A stretch of 47,630 nt of DNA from a virus (Duplodnaviria; Caudoviricetes): positions 1-47,630 of the IMG/VR virus record IMGVR_UViG_3300035394_000017; one strand, given 5' to 3'. The notes below the pieces were generated by a model. It was not told where the DNA came from and searched no databases. It saw only the letters and a list, made by a program, of their open reading frames with translations. Position numbers and translations under genes: made by a program. Positions 9,801 through 20,038 of this stretch are shown here, in pieces (the stretch's first letter is position 1; the number at the start of each line of letters is the position of its first letter).

Positions 9801-12660
9801 CTTGCAGATTGACGGAAACACTGGAAGCGACTTGATACGAGTTGAAGGTATCTACGTTAGAAATCCTAAAGACCTTATCAACTACAAAGAGTCAGCAAAC
9901 CAGTTCGTTCTTTCCGATCAGTTGAAGAATCCGTGCGAAGATGTGTCGAATAGTCTGTTCTGCAAGTATCACCTTAGCGGACAGATGAATCTTGCAACAG
10001 GAATACAGGCATTTGATTACGGCTCAGACTTCCCAACCACATATATCTGCAAGAGCGATATACGCAATCTTCTTCACGGAATTGAACTAGGGCTTCGCCC
10101 AGCCGATACCTGCGTTGACAAGGCAGTTACTTACTCATATGAGAGCGACTTCCAGTGGTGGATGCCAAAAACTGCGTGGAGAAAGAGAGACATCCAGAAG
10201 AACACGGCTTCGTATGCAACTGATATACTGTCTGGTATAAATTACAATAAGAACAATAAGTTCAACAAGTTCTTCTACAACTATCAAATGACAGCCGGTT
10301 CTGAGAAGCCCAGCGCACTCTCATACAAGATAACAGACGGTGTTATAAACAAGAACAAGGTTTACTACGCCAAGGTCAACGTGTATCTTGACTACTCGGG
10401 TTTCTCATACTCGGAAATATCAAAGACAACTGAGCCGAGCAACCCAATAGACTCGGAAGAGATGAAGAACATCGTCGTAAGAGATGGTAAGCAATCTAAC
10501 TACACCGACTTCAAGCGTTCTCCAGTTTCAACCTGTTCAACGTTCTATATTCCAATCTCATGGTATCCAGAAGTTCCAGCCGATAACACCATTGAATGGT
10601 TCAACTATATCGTAGGAAGTGCCGGAGATACAGATGGCGCACCATCCATCACCATGACTCCAATCGGTTTGATGACATACCTCGTAAACAACGCTGGAGA
10701 TGCCAATAAGAGCGATGTGTCTACCGAAGCAGATGTTCTCGCAAATGCAACACGCGGCTGGACCGTTGCCGATTGGAACGCTCTGTTTGATAACAACATT
10801 GACGTTGAGTTTATAGCAGAAGAAATTCCGAAAGACAAATACAAGCTGTTTGACAAATATGCAATCCTTCCAGATTATCCTATAAACGTTGGAACTGAAA
10901 TACGAATCAAGTATAATGTTGCCGATAGAGATTCTGTCGGATGGTCTGTATACGACAACTATACAATATACGCAAAGTCAAACAAACAGAAGGTATTTGA
11001 CATTCCGGCGCAGTTGAAGTCGATAAGAAGATGGGCAGAAGACGTTACAACGGTAACTCTGAACAAGCTCATCATTCCTAATGACCTGTATACGGTTCTT
11101 TCAGACACCAAGATACGATTCAACCCATCGTCGGTTCTCTCAAATATCAAAGGCGCGACGATAGTCGGGAGATACTTCTTCGACCTTCTCTTCAGTGATA
11201 ATACCAGTGTAAAGGTTGAAGATGACTTCTTATTCAATAAGGAAAGAACCATCAATCTTCTGCCTTACGAGTCAACTGATGATAGAATATTCTCAAGTGC
11301 AAAGAGAATGCCAAATGAAAACCTTGTCATGTATTCGCAGGATAATATATACAATATTGTCAATATAAACAACGAGTATGTGTTCAAGTCTATAAACAAG
11401 AATAGCGCAATTGACCTTGATTATAAGAAGTCTGGAACTGTCAGTCTTACAAGTAATGAAGTTGCGTTCTCAAAGGGCTTCCAGAGTAATATCCTCAAGC
11501 TCTACGCAATTGACGATAACAACGGTATCTTTGACATAGCGGCATACTTCAAATTTGATCCTAAGATGAACTCTATGAAGAACTACGAGGGTAAGAAGTT
11601 TGAGCTTATTCTCAAGGCTGAAACAATATTCGATCCAGTTAGCAAGAAGCATATACTTGGAAGCTACTACTTCGTCGGTGTTGGCGTGTATAACTTCGAC
11701 ATTGGTCTTGGTATAGCCCGTTATAACACCGAAACTGGTGTTATGGAGAAGTCGTTCTTAGCTGGGTTTGGCGAATACAATACCCGTGGAGTTGATACCG
11801 ACAAGTGGTACAAGTTGAGAGCCATAGTAACTGAAGACTTTATTCGTGTCATATTCAATGAGAAGAATGAGTCTGAGAGATTGGTTATCAACTACAACAT
11901 CAGTAAGAAGACTCAGACCGATACTGCAAGATACATTGACGGGTCGTTTGATGAGCTTGTATACATCGTTACAGGGTTGGATAAGAATGGTATAACCTAC
12001 CCCGGCAAGCTCGGTGATAAGACTTCAGCCACATTCGTAAGTGATAACTTCAACGAGGAACTTGTCAAGTCGGCAAGACCATCGGGAACTATAGCGGGTG
12101 TCGTATTCCACAACGAGCTAACCTACCTAACCAGCCTTGAGTATGTTTCGCAGATACAGGGCTTGAAGGTTTATGGGGATACGCACAATACCACCGACTC
12201 TACCAACCTCATAAACGAAATATATAAGTTTACTGGTAGCACAACCATAGATTACGTTGGCAAGACTACCAGCAATACACTGGTAATCCAAGCTGGCGGG
12301 GCTGTATTCTACCAGTTGAACGGTAAAGACATGAACCTATACGATAAGAACGTGAGAGAAGTTCTTGTGAATGGAGAATATGTCATTATAAGATACAACG
12401 TCGATGTAAATAATGTTACACTTATAGACCAGAACTTCTCAAAGCCAAAATCTATATATGTTAAAGACCTGTCGTTCAACGTTGACCACTTGTTCAACTA
12501 CCTAAGATTTACGAACAGAAGAGTAAAGAACATGTGGAACGGTAAAGACAAGGTATACATAGAGTTCTGTGATATTGGAGTATGTGACACATGGAATCAA
12601 GATGACTGGAATATTCCAGTGTGGGGTTGCTTCGGGGATTCGCGCAATACATGTAACTAA
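6877..12660 (+). CDS. Baseplate wedge protein, gp7/P2 gpI-like, with PKD-like and ConA/LamG-like domains (1927 aa)
   Basis: THKFASSGIYQIKLTV (PKD-like); LWDAERINPQFFEYLAMTLG...LFRKKGSSESIEKFL (gpI/gp7 core); two beta-sandwich segments with FYELEVKVVG and WYKLRAIVT; TAATG coupling to gp6. Confidence 0.75.
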   Translation: MATFKSIIEIVGDGSYANDIVELRSNSTVGDLPADVIVIGDVTEGEIDPSLYTAYEISKVQWETSDGKFYGDTNTTHKFASSGIYQIKLTVWSEPFLTGDGRKFYFTHSSYKDVTIESKILKFFLQNNPTWELTKNDAALDFYKASANFFEKIYRDTTGLFDLWDAERINPQFFEYLAMTLGHSSEYSKKVGYNMATDDFSTYDIYDRIKKNIASKEEIQAFRRFLIMTSELFRKKGSSESIEKFLSFFTINAKVVELWTKNWGQTPIGETDENFIGFELEDNKHGFVWKNIRIVGNCITEKGYIRKNLSSITMDNYHDIEKIQYPSGVVSYVNSGEKLGWEEIELEKSAPYVFDIRKEDGNILVTEDVYKTEPIIYDIVPNTPPRTDESKAGVLQIKPDSVEVGDRLVVAYYGTESSIFDSVLATKEKTCKDFDARAKFLIKNIPDPNIFESYKYPENEVFVLFRGIQGNTDLYATFGEYYKVVVNGRRGTASLVKVTQTDDKQVVFQKLNVSGDRNTPIYDSQFFKTDDPSCPTELKADTFYELEVKVVGSLVSAYLYENEVETAIQNNIDSDTGGNPYGVNTCKAPTILFENITLEQDSAQIVTNDVEGNDVLDKKYTVISDAGHYGFGIRSAIIDLKDFYINILDADETLYTTVDKEFNLMPKYLDYRRELLKYNNSGKGTDAFNNQTIIENYNPSVTDYDVDTKSMNIIYADNAPVSEAISTRYTVSFDEAWMKENFKDSADVTKKIILPFGSQRRWFIPDSRSYSKDVYKNYYGGTSLKSGDSYIPGLFRYNDSMVLDTYDLEPGDNFSTLTRDGNTLTFSGNARLLQYLYTGKGFGFRGVFQEVCPHSGNFPSVNEAITLPDNSTYKNPVFQPISVDTTSGVRVVGVRFKSCDDIERLIAANSTPLYKSVQLYGQFSMDVSAESIRFCPDKTAFTKHPALADTYVVKFFVPLGILDKNRRTYSLNSEFLQIDGNTGSDLIRVEGIYVRNPKDLINYKESANQFVLSDQLKNPCEDVSNSLFCKYHLSGQMNLATGIQAFDYGSDFPTTYICKSDIRNLLHGIELGLRPADTCVDKAVTYSYESDFQWWMPKTAWRKRDIQKNTASYATDILSGINYNKNNKFNKFFYNYQMTAGSEKPSALSYKITDGVINKNKVYYAKVNVYLDYSGFSYSEISKTTEPSNPIDSEEMKNIVVRDGKQSNYTDFKRSPVSTCSTFYIPISWYPEVPADNTIEWFNYIVGSAGDTDGAPSITMTPIGLMTYLVNNAGDANKSDVSTEADVLANATRGWTVADWNALFDNNIDVEFIAEEIPKDKYKLFDKYAILPDYPINVGTEIRIKYNVADRDSVGWSVYDNYTIYAKSNKQKVFDIPAQLKSIRRWAEDVTTVTLNKLIIPNDLYTVLSDTKIRFNPSSVLSNIKGATIVGRYFFDLLFSDNTSVKVEDDFLFNKERTINLLPYESTDDRIFSSAKRMPNENLVMYSQDNIYNIVNINNEYVFKSINKNSAIDLDYKKSGTVSLTSNEVAFSKGFQSNILKLYAIDDNNGIFDIAAYFKFDPKMNSMKNYEGKKFELILKAETIFDPVSKKHILGSYYFVGVGVYNFDIGLGIARYNTETGVMEKSFLAGFGEYNTRGVDTDKWYKLRAIVTEDFIRVIFNEKNESERLVINYNISKKTQTDTARYIDGSFDELVYIVTGLDKNGITYPGKLGDKTSATFVSDNFNEELVKSARPSGTIAGVVFHNELTYLTSLEYVSQIQGLKVYGDTHNTTDSTNLINEIYKFTGSTTIDYVGKTTSNTLVIQAGGAVFYQLNGKDMNLYDKNVREVLVNGEYVIIRYNVDVNNVTLIDQNFSKPKSIYVKDLSFNVDHLFNYLRFTNRRVKNMWNGKDKVYIEFCDIGVCDTWNQDDWNIPVWGCFGDSRNTCN

Positions 12661-12671
12661 GGAAGAATACA

Positions 12672-13595
12672 ATGCCAAGAATATTAGGTGAACAAAGCTC
12701 ATTCGATTCAGATATTCCAACACCAGTGGAAGGTGATAGGAATTACGCTATTACTATTGACGATTCTCTTCAGAAGCTAACCAATAGAACAAAATGGTTG
12801 AAGGATAATCCACCCATCGGTCCACAGGGTCCGGTCGGAGCTACGGGAGCCGCTGGGGCTGCTGGTGCCCCAGGAGCAGATGGCGCGGATGGTTCACCCG
12901 GAGCTAACGGCGCTGGAATTGACACAGGATATATAGTTTCGGTAAATTCTATATCCGGAGCGGTGAGCTTAGTTGGTAACTCTGGTATAGATGTTATCAC
13001 TCTACCAAATGGTCAGATACAGATTTCTCTATATGTTCCAATAAGTATATCATCGTTCACAGGCGGAAGCTCTAACGAGATAGGATCTACTGTAGCGTCA
13101 GCCACACTTAACTGGAGCATAAATAAGACAGAAACATCCCAAAGCATAAACCAGGGAATAGGAACCGTCACAAATGGTGTCAGAACAGCGTCATATAGCA
13201 CCCCAATGACATCAAATACAACGTTTACTATTACGGCAAGTGACGGCACGACAAGTGGAAACGCAAGCACCACTGTTGCGTTTTATAACCGTAGATGGTG
13301 GGGAACCGACCCTCTCACGTCACTGGCATCGGCTCAGATACTAACACTTGATAATAACGAGTTTTCGTCGGCAAGGTCTAAGACATTCACAATAAACGGT
13401 AACGGAGAGTATATCTATTACGCATATCCAGCGGCTTGGGGAACGGCTACCTTCACGGTAAACGGGTTCCTAAACACCGCCTGGACCCTTACGGTAGTAA
13501 GCCATACTAATTCCAGCGGTCATACGGAGAACTATAATGTGTATAGATCCAATACCATACAAAATGGAACCGGTATACAAATAGCTGTTTCATAA
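12672..13595 (+). CDS. Collagen-repeat tail fibre/appendage protein (307 aa)
   Basis: 11 Gly-X-Y triplets, VSVNSISGAVSL motif, Ser/Thr-rich beta C-terminus with YIYYAYPAAWG. Confidence 0.8.
   Translation: MPRILGEQSSFDSDIPTPVEGDRNYAITIDDSLQKLTNRTKWLKDNPPIGPQGPVGATGAAGAAGAPGADGADGSPGANGAGIDTGYIVSVNSISGAVSLVGNSGIDVITLPNGQIQISLYVPISISSFTGGSSNEIGSTVASATLNWSINKTETSQSINQGIGTVTNGVRTASYSTPMTSNTTFTITASDGTTSGNASTTVAFYNRRWWGTDPLTSLASAQILTLDNNEFSSARSKTFTINGNGEYIYYAYPAAWGTATFTVNGFLNTAWTLTVVSHTNSSGHTENYNVYRSNTIQNGTGIQIAVS
12819..12917 (+). repeat. Collagen-like (Gly-X-Y)11 coding repeat
   Basis: GPQGPVGATGAAGAAGAPGADGADGSPGANGAG. Confidence 0.9.
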
Positions 13596-13613
13596 ATATA
13601 GAATAGGAAATAT

Positions 13614-15530
13614 ATGGCAAATAACATCGGAACTCTCGTAACAGCACAGATACGCCCCCAGGCGGATGGCGATCCTATAGCAACCGCATTGGCTAATGAT
13701 ATCCAGGGTGGATGGCACCAAGTCACCAGTATAAGTGATCGTGATGCGATAATATCAGCCCGTAAAGTAAACGGCATGGCTTGCTTTGTAACCGATGTAT
13801 CGGCTTCATATATTTGGGGCGACACCGGATGGACTCTGAATTCTTCTCAGGCTGCCTTTGATCCTTCATCATATACCCTATTATCCATAACTACAAGTAT
13901 CTCTGGTGACTTACAGCAACAGATAACCCTAAACGGTTATCCAAAAGCAAAGACAGGATACTCACAAGAAACCATAGTTACTTTAGGTGACTCTTGGACT
14001 GGCAGAACTCTTCTTCGTGTAAACCTTTCTCCTGCACCATCTCTATTGGTAACTTCTCCTAATGATGTTGGGTTTGAGGGTTATATGGGATGGGCAAATG
14101 CTATCCTTGATAATAGATTTAGAATAATAGAGGATATGGGTGCTTCGGGAGATACTTTAGGTGAAATGTATGGCAGAGTTGTTAATGGATACGATGTAGC
14201 AACTCTTGATGGAACATCACAAGATTATGCATTACCACATACTATTCCTTCTTTGTCAGTATTACTACCAGATTGGTTGTTTATATTTGGAGGAATAAAT
14301 GACATATCATCTGGTGGTCAGGCTTCGACTATGATAACCACATGGCAGAATATTTACAACTATGCAGTTTCTTTGGGTGTCAAAGTCGCTACTGCTACTT
14401 TGCCGTTGGTTGCTCCGTCAGGTACACCATGGACTGCATCGCAAAAGAGACAAGCAATTACTTTTAATAGATTTTTAAGGCAGTTCTGCAAAGAGAACGG
14501 AGTTCCATGTGCCGATTTTAATTTAGCATACACTGACCCAACAACGGAGCAGATGGTAACAAGTTATACATCTGATTCATTACATCCTAATTTGCTTGGT
14601 GGTATTATCGGTGGACTTGAATTAGCTAAAGCATTCAAGAATACTAATTCTATATATCAAGAGAGATTACCTCCGATTAGAGATGCTAGGAGACTAAATC
14701 TCAATAATAGGCTTATAGGGGCGAATGCTGCCAATACGAATGGATTCAGAAACTTCATAACATTAGCCGATATTGACGGTCCTACTGGAACATATGTTGA
14801 GCAATTGGGTTCTGGAACACTTACTAACCTTGTAACCGTTTCTAAAGTTGCAAGAACCGATGGATACCCAGGAGAAGTAACTAGAATAAACTTTGATGGT
14901 ACTACAGCAACAAGTAACTCATCAAGAGTTGCAATAACACAAGAAGTTAGAGAAGCATCTTGGAGTAGCGGTGGGGCAGTTAATCCATCAAGCGGTTCAT
15001 CTGGAAACCTTTATACTCATAGAGTCGTTACTACAACTGGAAGAGCAGCATCTACCCCCGTTGATTACCTTGTAACAAACTTTGGTGGAACGTTTGCTGT
15101 TGGAAGCGACCCTACGGCATCTTGGTCAACTACTATTGGTGATATTATTACTGACGGAACGGTAACGATGAGAGTAGTAAATGCAATTATCGCTGGTACT
15201 ACCGCAATTCGTTTTAAGTCAGTGTTCAGTAACTATACACTTACTGCTGGATCTGGAACACATATACACAATCAGTTAGTGTTTAGAAACTCAAGTGGTA
15301 CAGTGTTAGGTGAAAACAATTTCTTTAGATACGAGGCTGGATCTACTCTACCAAATGTGGCTAATTATATCCAGAGTTCTGTATACGAAACCCCAGCAGT
15401 AGTCATCCCCGCAACGACTGCAAGATATGCAATACAATTTGTTATTTGGGTTAATTCTGGAAGTATTGGTTATGTGGATTTAGAGGCACTTGATTGTTAT
15501 ATCGCAGAACCCGAAGGAGATGTACCGTGA
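13614..15530 (+). CDS. Tail spike with SGNH/GDSL esterase domain (638 aa)
   Basis: All four SGNH blocks: TLGDSWT, GASGDT, GGIND, DSLHPN; N-terminal virion-anchor-like GGWHQV...RDAI...GM; CATAAATA just upstream (13591-13598). Confidence 0.85.
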   Translation: MANNIGTLVTAQIRPQADGDPIATALANDIQGGWHQVTSISDRDAIISARKVNGMACFVTDVSASYIWGDTGWTLNSSQAAFDPSSYTLLSITTSISGDLQQQITLNGYPKAKTGYSQETIVTLGDSWTGRTLLRVNLSPAPSLLVTSPNDVGFEGYMGWANAILDNRFRIIEDMGASGDTLGEMYGRVVNGYDVATLDGTSQDYALPHTIPSLSVLLPDWLFIFGGINDISSGGQASTMITTWQNIYNYAVSLGVKVATATLPLVAPSGTPWTASQKRQAITFNRFLRQFCKENGVPCADFNLAYTDPTTEQMVTSYTSDSLHPNLLGGIIGGLELAKAFKNTNSIYQERLPPIRDARRLNLNNRLIGANAANTNGFRNFITLADIDGPTGTYVEQLGSGTLTNLVTVSKVARTDGYPGEVTRINFDGTTATSNSSRVAITQEVREASWSSGGAVNPSSGSSGNLYTHRVVTTTGRAASTPVDYLVTNFGGTFAVGSDPTASWSTTIGDIITDGTVTMRVVNAIIAGTTAIRFKSVFSNYTLTAGSGTHIHNQLVFRNSSGTVLGENNFFRYEAGSTLPNVANYIQSSVYETPAVVIPATTARYAIQFVIWVNSGSIGYVDLEALDCYIAEPEGDVP

Positions 15531-16819
15531 ATAGTAAATTAAATAATGTAACCAGTATTCCAAATCAACTTATTAAAAAAGTTGGTATTGATGGTTATAC
15601 GACTAGCAATATTATTGATAATGTGACTGGAACAGTTACTATTTCTGGAAGTGTTACTGTTACTTTAGGGTTGCCATCAAGTAGTGGAGTGTTGGCATTG
15701 TCATCCAGTATTCCCACATCGGCAAGCTTCCTTACCGATTATGACAGTCGTTATGTCAATGTAACTGGCGATACGATGACAGGAACCCTCAACATATCAA
15801 AAACTTTTACATCTGTCCCAGCCGAAGATTTTATTGCATTGAATTCTGACATCACGGTTTCTGCACCAGATATTGGTTCCGCATTAAATAACTTTAAAAA
15901 CTATCAACCATCAATTATAATTGATAATAGCGGAACGGGTAATCAGTTCTATGGTACGGTTAATAACTTTAGAGGTAGTATTAATGTTTCTTGTTCAAAT
16001 GGTGGAACAATTAATGTAACTAATGTAGCTGGTATACGCTCATCTGGTATTTCTATTGGCGAAGGTGTTCATGCTGAATATGTTTCTGGTCTTGGTTTGG
16101 AGTGGATGAGTGTTATGGGGGTTGGAGCATCAGCAGATAACTTATACGGAATAAATATAGATGGTTATCAGATAGATGCTGGAGCAACGGTTAATAATTG
16201 GTATGGAATATATATTGGTGGTAGTGGTGTTGTTGATGGTCCAACCGCAACTAACCACTATGGTATTTACCAAGAAGAAACCTCCGCAAATAACTATTTT
16301 GGTGGCAGTGTTACGGTTGCCGATATTGCTGGGGTTAATGGCAATATAGTCGTACATGACGCTGTTGGTAAGTTGGTTGACAGTGGTGTGAATATATTGA
16401 ATATATCTGGTGGATCGTCGTGGACACCAATTGCCGGTAGTGGAGTTGTTATTACACCAGTTGGTAATAACTATCAGTTCGATGTCGATACTTCTGTAAT
16501 ATCTTTAGCGTCCATAACCGGAAACTCGTTCACACCAAACGGATCTTATACCGCATATTCCTATACATTAAACGATCATGCAACTATATATTGTCCGACC
16601 GACATGGCTAACGGCGAATCAAAAACCATTAGAGTAATTCAACCGGAAACTGTGTATTCTCTATCTTTTGTTAATGATTTGCCGTTTGTGTGGAAATTTA
16701 GCAACGGAAATGCACCCGTAATAACATCACAATCCAACGCAATAGATATTTTAACTATATTGAGGATGGATACCGATATATATGTAACAATAATCAAGAA
16801 CTTCTTAGAGAGTGCCTAA
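15527..16819 (+). CDS. Tail fibre protein (~430 aa)
   Basis: GTG at 15527 overlaps the upstream stop (GTGA) and has RBS GAAGGAGA, so it is preferred to 15494; DSRYVNVTGDTMTGTL fibre motif; beta-helix-like YGINI/YGIYI/YGIYQ repeats; C-terminal WKFSNGNAPVITSQSNAIDILT. Confidence 0.8.
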   Translation: MNSKLNNVTSIPNQLIKKVGIDGYTTSNIIDNVTGTVTISGSVTVTLGLPSSSGVLALSSSIPTSASFLTDYDSRYVNVTGDTMTGTLNISKTFTSVPAEDFIALNSDITVSAPDIGSALNNFKNYQPSIIIDNSGTGNQFYGTVNNFRGSINVSCSNGGTINVTNVAGIRSSGISIGEGVHAEYVSGLGLEWMSVMGVGASADNLYGINIDGYQIDAGATVNNWYGIYIGGSGVVDGPTATNHYGIYQEETSANNYFGGSVTVADIAGVNGNIVVHDAVGKLVDSGVNILNISGGSSWTPIAGSGVVITPVGNNYQFDVDTSVISLASITGNSFTPNGSYTAYSYTLNDHATIYCPTDMANGESKTIRVIQPETVYSLSFVNDLPFVWKFSNGNAPVITSQSNAIDILTILRMDTDIYVTIIKNFLESA

Positions 16820-16822
16820 TAA

Positions 16823-19282
16823 ATGACATCCTCAAGATACAATTTCGCATTCTGGCAACCCGACCCGGAAATAGTTATATTCAATGAACCGGGCAATAGA
16901 GACACTATAACAGAAATTACCGAACCGGCTCCGGCGGTACAATGTGGTAGTTTTAATAATGAATTTGATAAAGAAAATAGCGACTATTACGATTATAATG
17001 GAAACTATTATCAAAACACCAATTTCTCTGAATGGTATGATAGTAATAATGATTTTTGGTATTACTCTATATACGATTTACCAGACTATTGCGCTACATC
17101 CGCGGGTGGTAGTAACATTCTACCATTGCCGTATTTAGCATCCGATACCACTTTCACCCTATCATCAAATTCAGCACCCACAAACTTTAGTGAATATGCT
17201 CAATATAGTTTTTATTATCAACCGTTTTTAAGAGTGGATAAAACCATTGAAAATAGCTTAGGTGCGGAGTTGGTCGTTTATAGTATAGATGTTAAAGCTT
17301 ATTATGTTTCACAATATGGGCAATTTTATAAGCAATCGTGGATTACTAATACTAATAGTATTTCTATTGACTATGATACAATAACAGACAAATATATAAT
17401 CTATCCAACCAATAGACTTTTTATAACATCCGACACATTTGAGTCAATACTATTTGTTATAACGTATACTACAAATTCGAGAGAAATCATAAAGCATCAA
17501 GTAGTGAATTGCTATGATATAACTGAAAAATATGCATACCCATTGGGTTTATTTAATGACGGCGCTACACACACATTTTATTTACCTTTACATAACGAGC
17601 AACTAAAATCAATAGACGCAACAACTATATATGAAGTTGGATATGATAGTATTAGTGGTCTTGTAAGTGCAAAAATATCAGCAATTGCCTTACAACCAAT
17701 ATTTTTGAGCATATTACATAAAACATCCAAAAGAAATAATGCCGATGCCACTCTTAATATTCCATACGGAAATACCACAGCAAGGTGTGGAACTGTCAAC
17801 GTCTCATATGGTGGCTATGTTGGATTTGCCGAATATGCCGTAACTACTCCATCTGGAACCGGCATGCTTGAGTTTGATTTTGTTAATTACTCTATACCAG
17901 ATAGGTTTGCTATAACAATAAACTCTCAAGTAAAATACGACTCAATGAATTATGTGAGGCATGGTTATAGAGCATACATACCAATAACATCGCCAATAAT
18001 CGGCTCCGCCGGATTGAGGGTATATACGAATGATCCGGGGACAGCTTGGATATCGTCGCTCGGATGCTTACGAGATTATTCAATTTATACTAATGGTCTT
18101 ACTTTTGATTTTGACAACGAGTTTTCAAAGAATGATATTCTTGTTATTTCTTTAGATGGGATATCATACACTAAAGCAAAAGAGGGAGTTCATTATCAAT
18201 TTCACTCAAACGTATCACCAAATATAACGAGATATACTGCTTTAACTACGGTATATGTTCTATTGGCAAATGAAAGGATATATGGAAGTATTGAAAATGT
18301 AATTGCATATTACGATCCATATACTTCTTTGCCTGTTCATCACCAACTAATGAAACTAAAGTATCCAAATAAAACTATCATGGGTAATGATAGTTTGAAT
18401 CCTAATGTTGGTGATATCCGAATTACAAAGCTTGGTCTGTATGGTTCGTTTGTTAATTACACAGTCAATGAACCATCTGATAGCCAAACATTAACAAAAT
18501 ATGAGCCGTTGGTGTTATCTCCATGTATAACCGGCAATTCACCTTTTACGGCGATGGGAAGTGTTAATTATGTAAAAGAGTCTCAAATGTATGAACAAGT
18601 TTTAATAGTTAGGGATTATAGCGATGGCGGTGTTTACTTATTAGACCCCCTTGCGTATCTATTAGATGCGAATGGGCAAAAAGGTATGGGAAACACATCC
18701 ACCGTAATACCACAAACAACACCTACAAGTGGGTATGGTTATTTTTTTGAAGATACATCCGTAGGCAATACAATAACTTTACCATACGCACAACCATTTT
18801 ACGGTAACACGGTTGGCTATAAAATGTTTCAGACTCGTATTACTCACGATTTAAGTTTGCCGGACCCAAACTCTATAATCTCAAGTTACACGATAAATGT
18901 TAATGGTGGGGCGTATTCATCAACCATATCAAACATAGTAGTTCCCGTGGCGGGTGTAGTCGCAGACATATTTACAAAATATGATGGGAATACAACGCAA
19001 AGCATAAATATTTCGATTTACGATAGTAGAAGTGAAGCTTTTCAACATAGCATAGCAATATGGAATGTCGTATCTGAATTAACTTCAACACAAAGCTTTA
19101 ATTATAATAGTGGGAGAATTATTCGTGTAGTAAAAAAGAATTTATCATATGGTTCAAATGCATATGAGTCGGCAGTTATTAACACGGATTACACAAGCTC
19201 GTTTATTGATCCCGTATATACTATAACATCTATAAATCCAATAGAAATTGTGGAAAGAGTTGGTACAAATCCTCTAACATAA
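16823..19282 (+). CDS. Putative virion/adhesin protein, Tyr/Asn/Ser/Thr-rich (819 aa)
   Basis: Long ORF directly after the fibre gene; beta-sandwich-like FDFVNYSIPDRF...GTAW...C segment; AT-rich codons. Confidence 0.65.
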   Translation: MTSSRYNFAFWQPDPEIVIFNEPGNRDTITEITEPAPAVQCGSFNNEFDKENSDYYDYNGNYYQNTNFSEWYDSNNDFWYYSIYDLPDYCATSAGGSNILPLPYLASDTTFTLSSNSAPTNFSEYAQYSFYYQPFLRVDKTIENSLGAELVVYSIDVKAYYVSQYGQFYKQSWITNTNSISIDYDTITDKYIIYPTNRLFITSDTFESILFVITYTTNSREIIKHQVVNCYDITEKYAYPLGLFNDGATHTFYLPLHNEQLKSIDATTIYEVGYDSISGLVSAKISAIALQPIFLSILHKTSKRNNADATLNIPYGNTTARCGTVNVSYGGYVGFAEYAVTTPSGTGMLEFDFVNYSIPDRFAITINSQVKYDSMNYVRHGYRAYIPITSPIIGSAGLRVYTNDPGTAWISSLGCLRDYSIYTNGLTFDFDNEFSKNDILVISLDGISYTKAKEGVHYQFHSNVSPNITRYTALTTVYVLLANERIYGSIENVIAYYDPYTSLPVHHQLMKLKYPNKTIMGNDSLNPNVGDIRITKLGLYGSFVNYTVNEPSDSQTLTKYEPLVLSPCITGNSPFTAMGSVNYVKESQMYEQVLIVRDYSDGGVYLLDPLAYLLDANGQKGMGNTSTVIPQTTPTSGYGYFFEDTSVGNTITLPYAQPFYGNTVGYKMFQTRITHDLSLPDPNSIISSYTINVNGGAYSSTISNIVVPVAGVVADIFTKYDGNTTQSINISIYDSRSEAFQHSIAIWNVVSELTSTQSFNYNSGRIIRVVKKNLSYGSNAYESAVINTDYTSSFIDPVYTITSINPIEIVERVGTNPLT

Positions 19283-19291
19283 AGCCATATT

Positions 19292-20038
19292 ATGAAAAAA
19301 TTAATATATACCGTTTGCATGGGATCGGATAAGTATGTTGATATGCTCAATATGTGCTTATATTCACTTGTTAAGAATGGGAAATTCGAAGGTGATATAG
19401 TTGTTTTATGCGACTTTGATGAATTTGATAATATGTACGAAATAAGGAGTGATAATTTAAAATTTATTAATATAAAAAATGATGTAGAAAATTTGAAAAT
19501 TTGGGGAATGCCTAAAATTGCTTGGTATGCCAAGACAACAATTTTCGACTATGTAAATAGAAACGATTATAATGAAATAATGTATCTTGATATTGATACA
19601 ATTGTTAATGGGGATATACTACCAATTTTTGAACAACTTAAAGAATACCCAATATTCGTACAACACAATGGTATATGGTTAAACGTTGAGGGGTATTTAA
19701 GACGCTTAGATCGTGTATATCCAATGCCACATATTGATTTCGTTAAATATAAAGATGCTTCTTGCTGTAGTGGATGTTTCGTTTTATCCGATTTTAAAGT
19801 AATAGACGAATGGAATAGAGTTGTTTTTGATGCATACACTAAAAATATCAAGAGACAAATAGGGGACCAAGAATTATTACATTTGGCTATAATAAACTGT
19901 GGATTTGAGTTTAAAAACATTAACGGGGTTGGATTCCAATATAATACGCAAAATAGTGGATTAATTATATCACATTTCACTAATATAAATTTCAATATAA
20001 TTAAAAGATATTTCGCAGATAAGATAAATAGTATTTGA
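19292..20038 (+). CDS. Glycosyltransferase, GT-A fold, GT8-like
   Basis: LYSL, K..IFD, IMYLDIDTIV (DxD), SGCFVL, GDQELL and ISHFT motifs in the typical GT8 order. Confidence 0.85.
   Translation: MKKLIYTVCMGSDKYVDMLNMCLYSLVKNGKFEGDIVVLCDFDEFDNMYEIRSDNLKFINIKNDVENLKIWGMPKIAWYAKTTIFDYVNRNDYNEIMYLDIDTIVNGDILPIFEQLKEYPIFVQHNGIWLNVEGYLRRLDRVYPMPHIDFVKYKDASCCSGCFVLSDFKVIDEWNRVVFDAYTKNIKRQIGDQELLHLAIINCGFEFKNINGVGFQYNTQNSGLIISHFTNINFNIIKRYFADKINSI

Noticed and set aside
1214-12660. Bacterial T6SS or extracellular contractile injection system
   Set aside because: T4-type gp6, TATAAATA promoters, dNMP kinase and densely packed small hypothetical genes indicate a phage genome.
15494-15526. TTG start at 15494 (and ATG 41621 for the kinase, GTG 47611 for the ATPase)
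   Set aside because: Better RBS and coupling at 15527 and 41597; the ATPase frame runs off the window.
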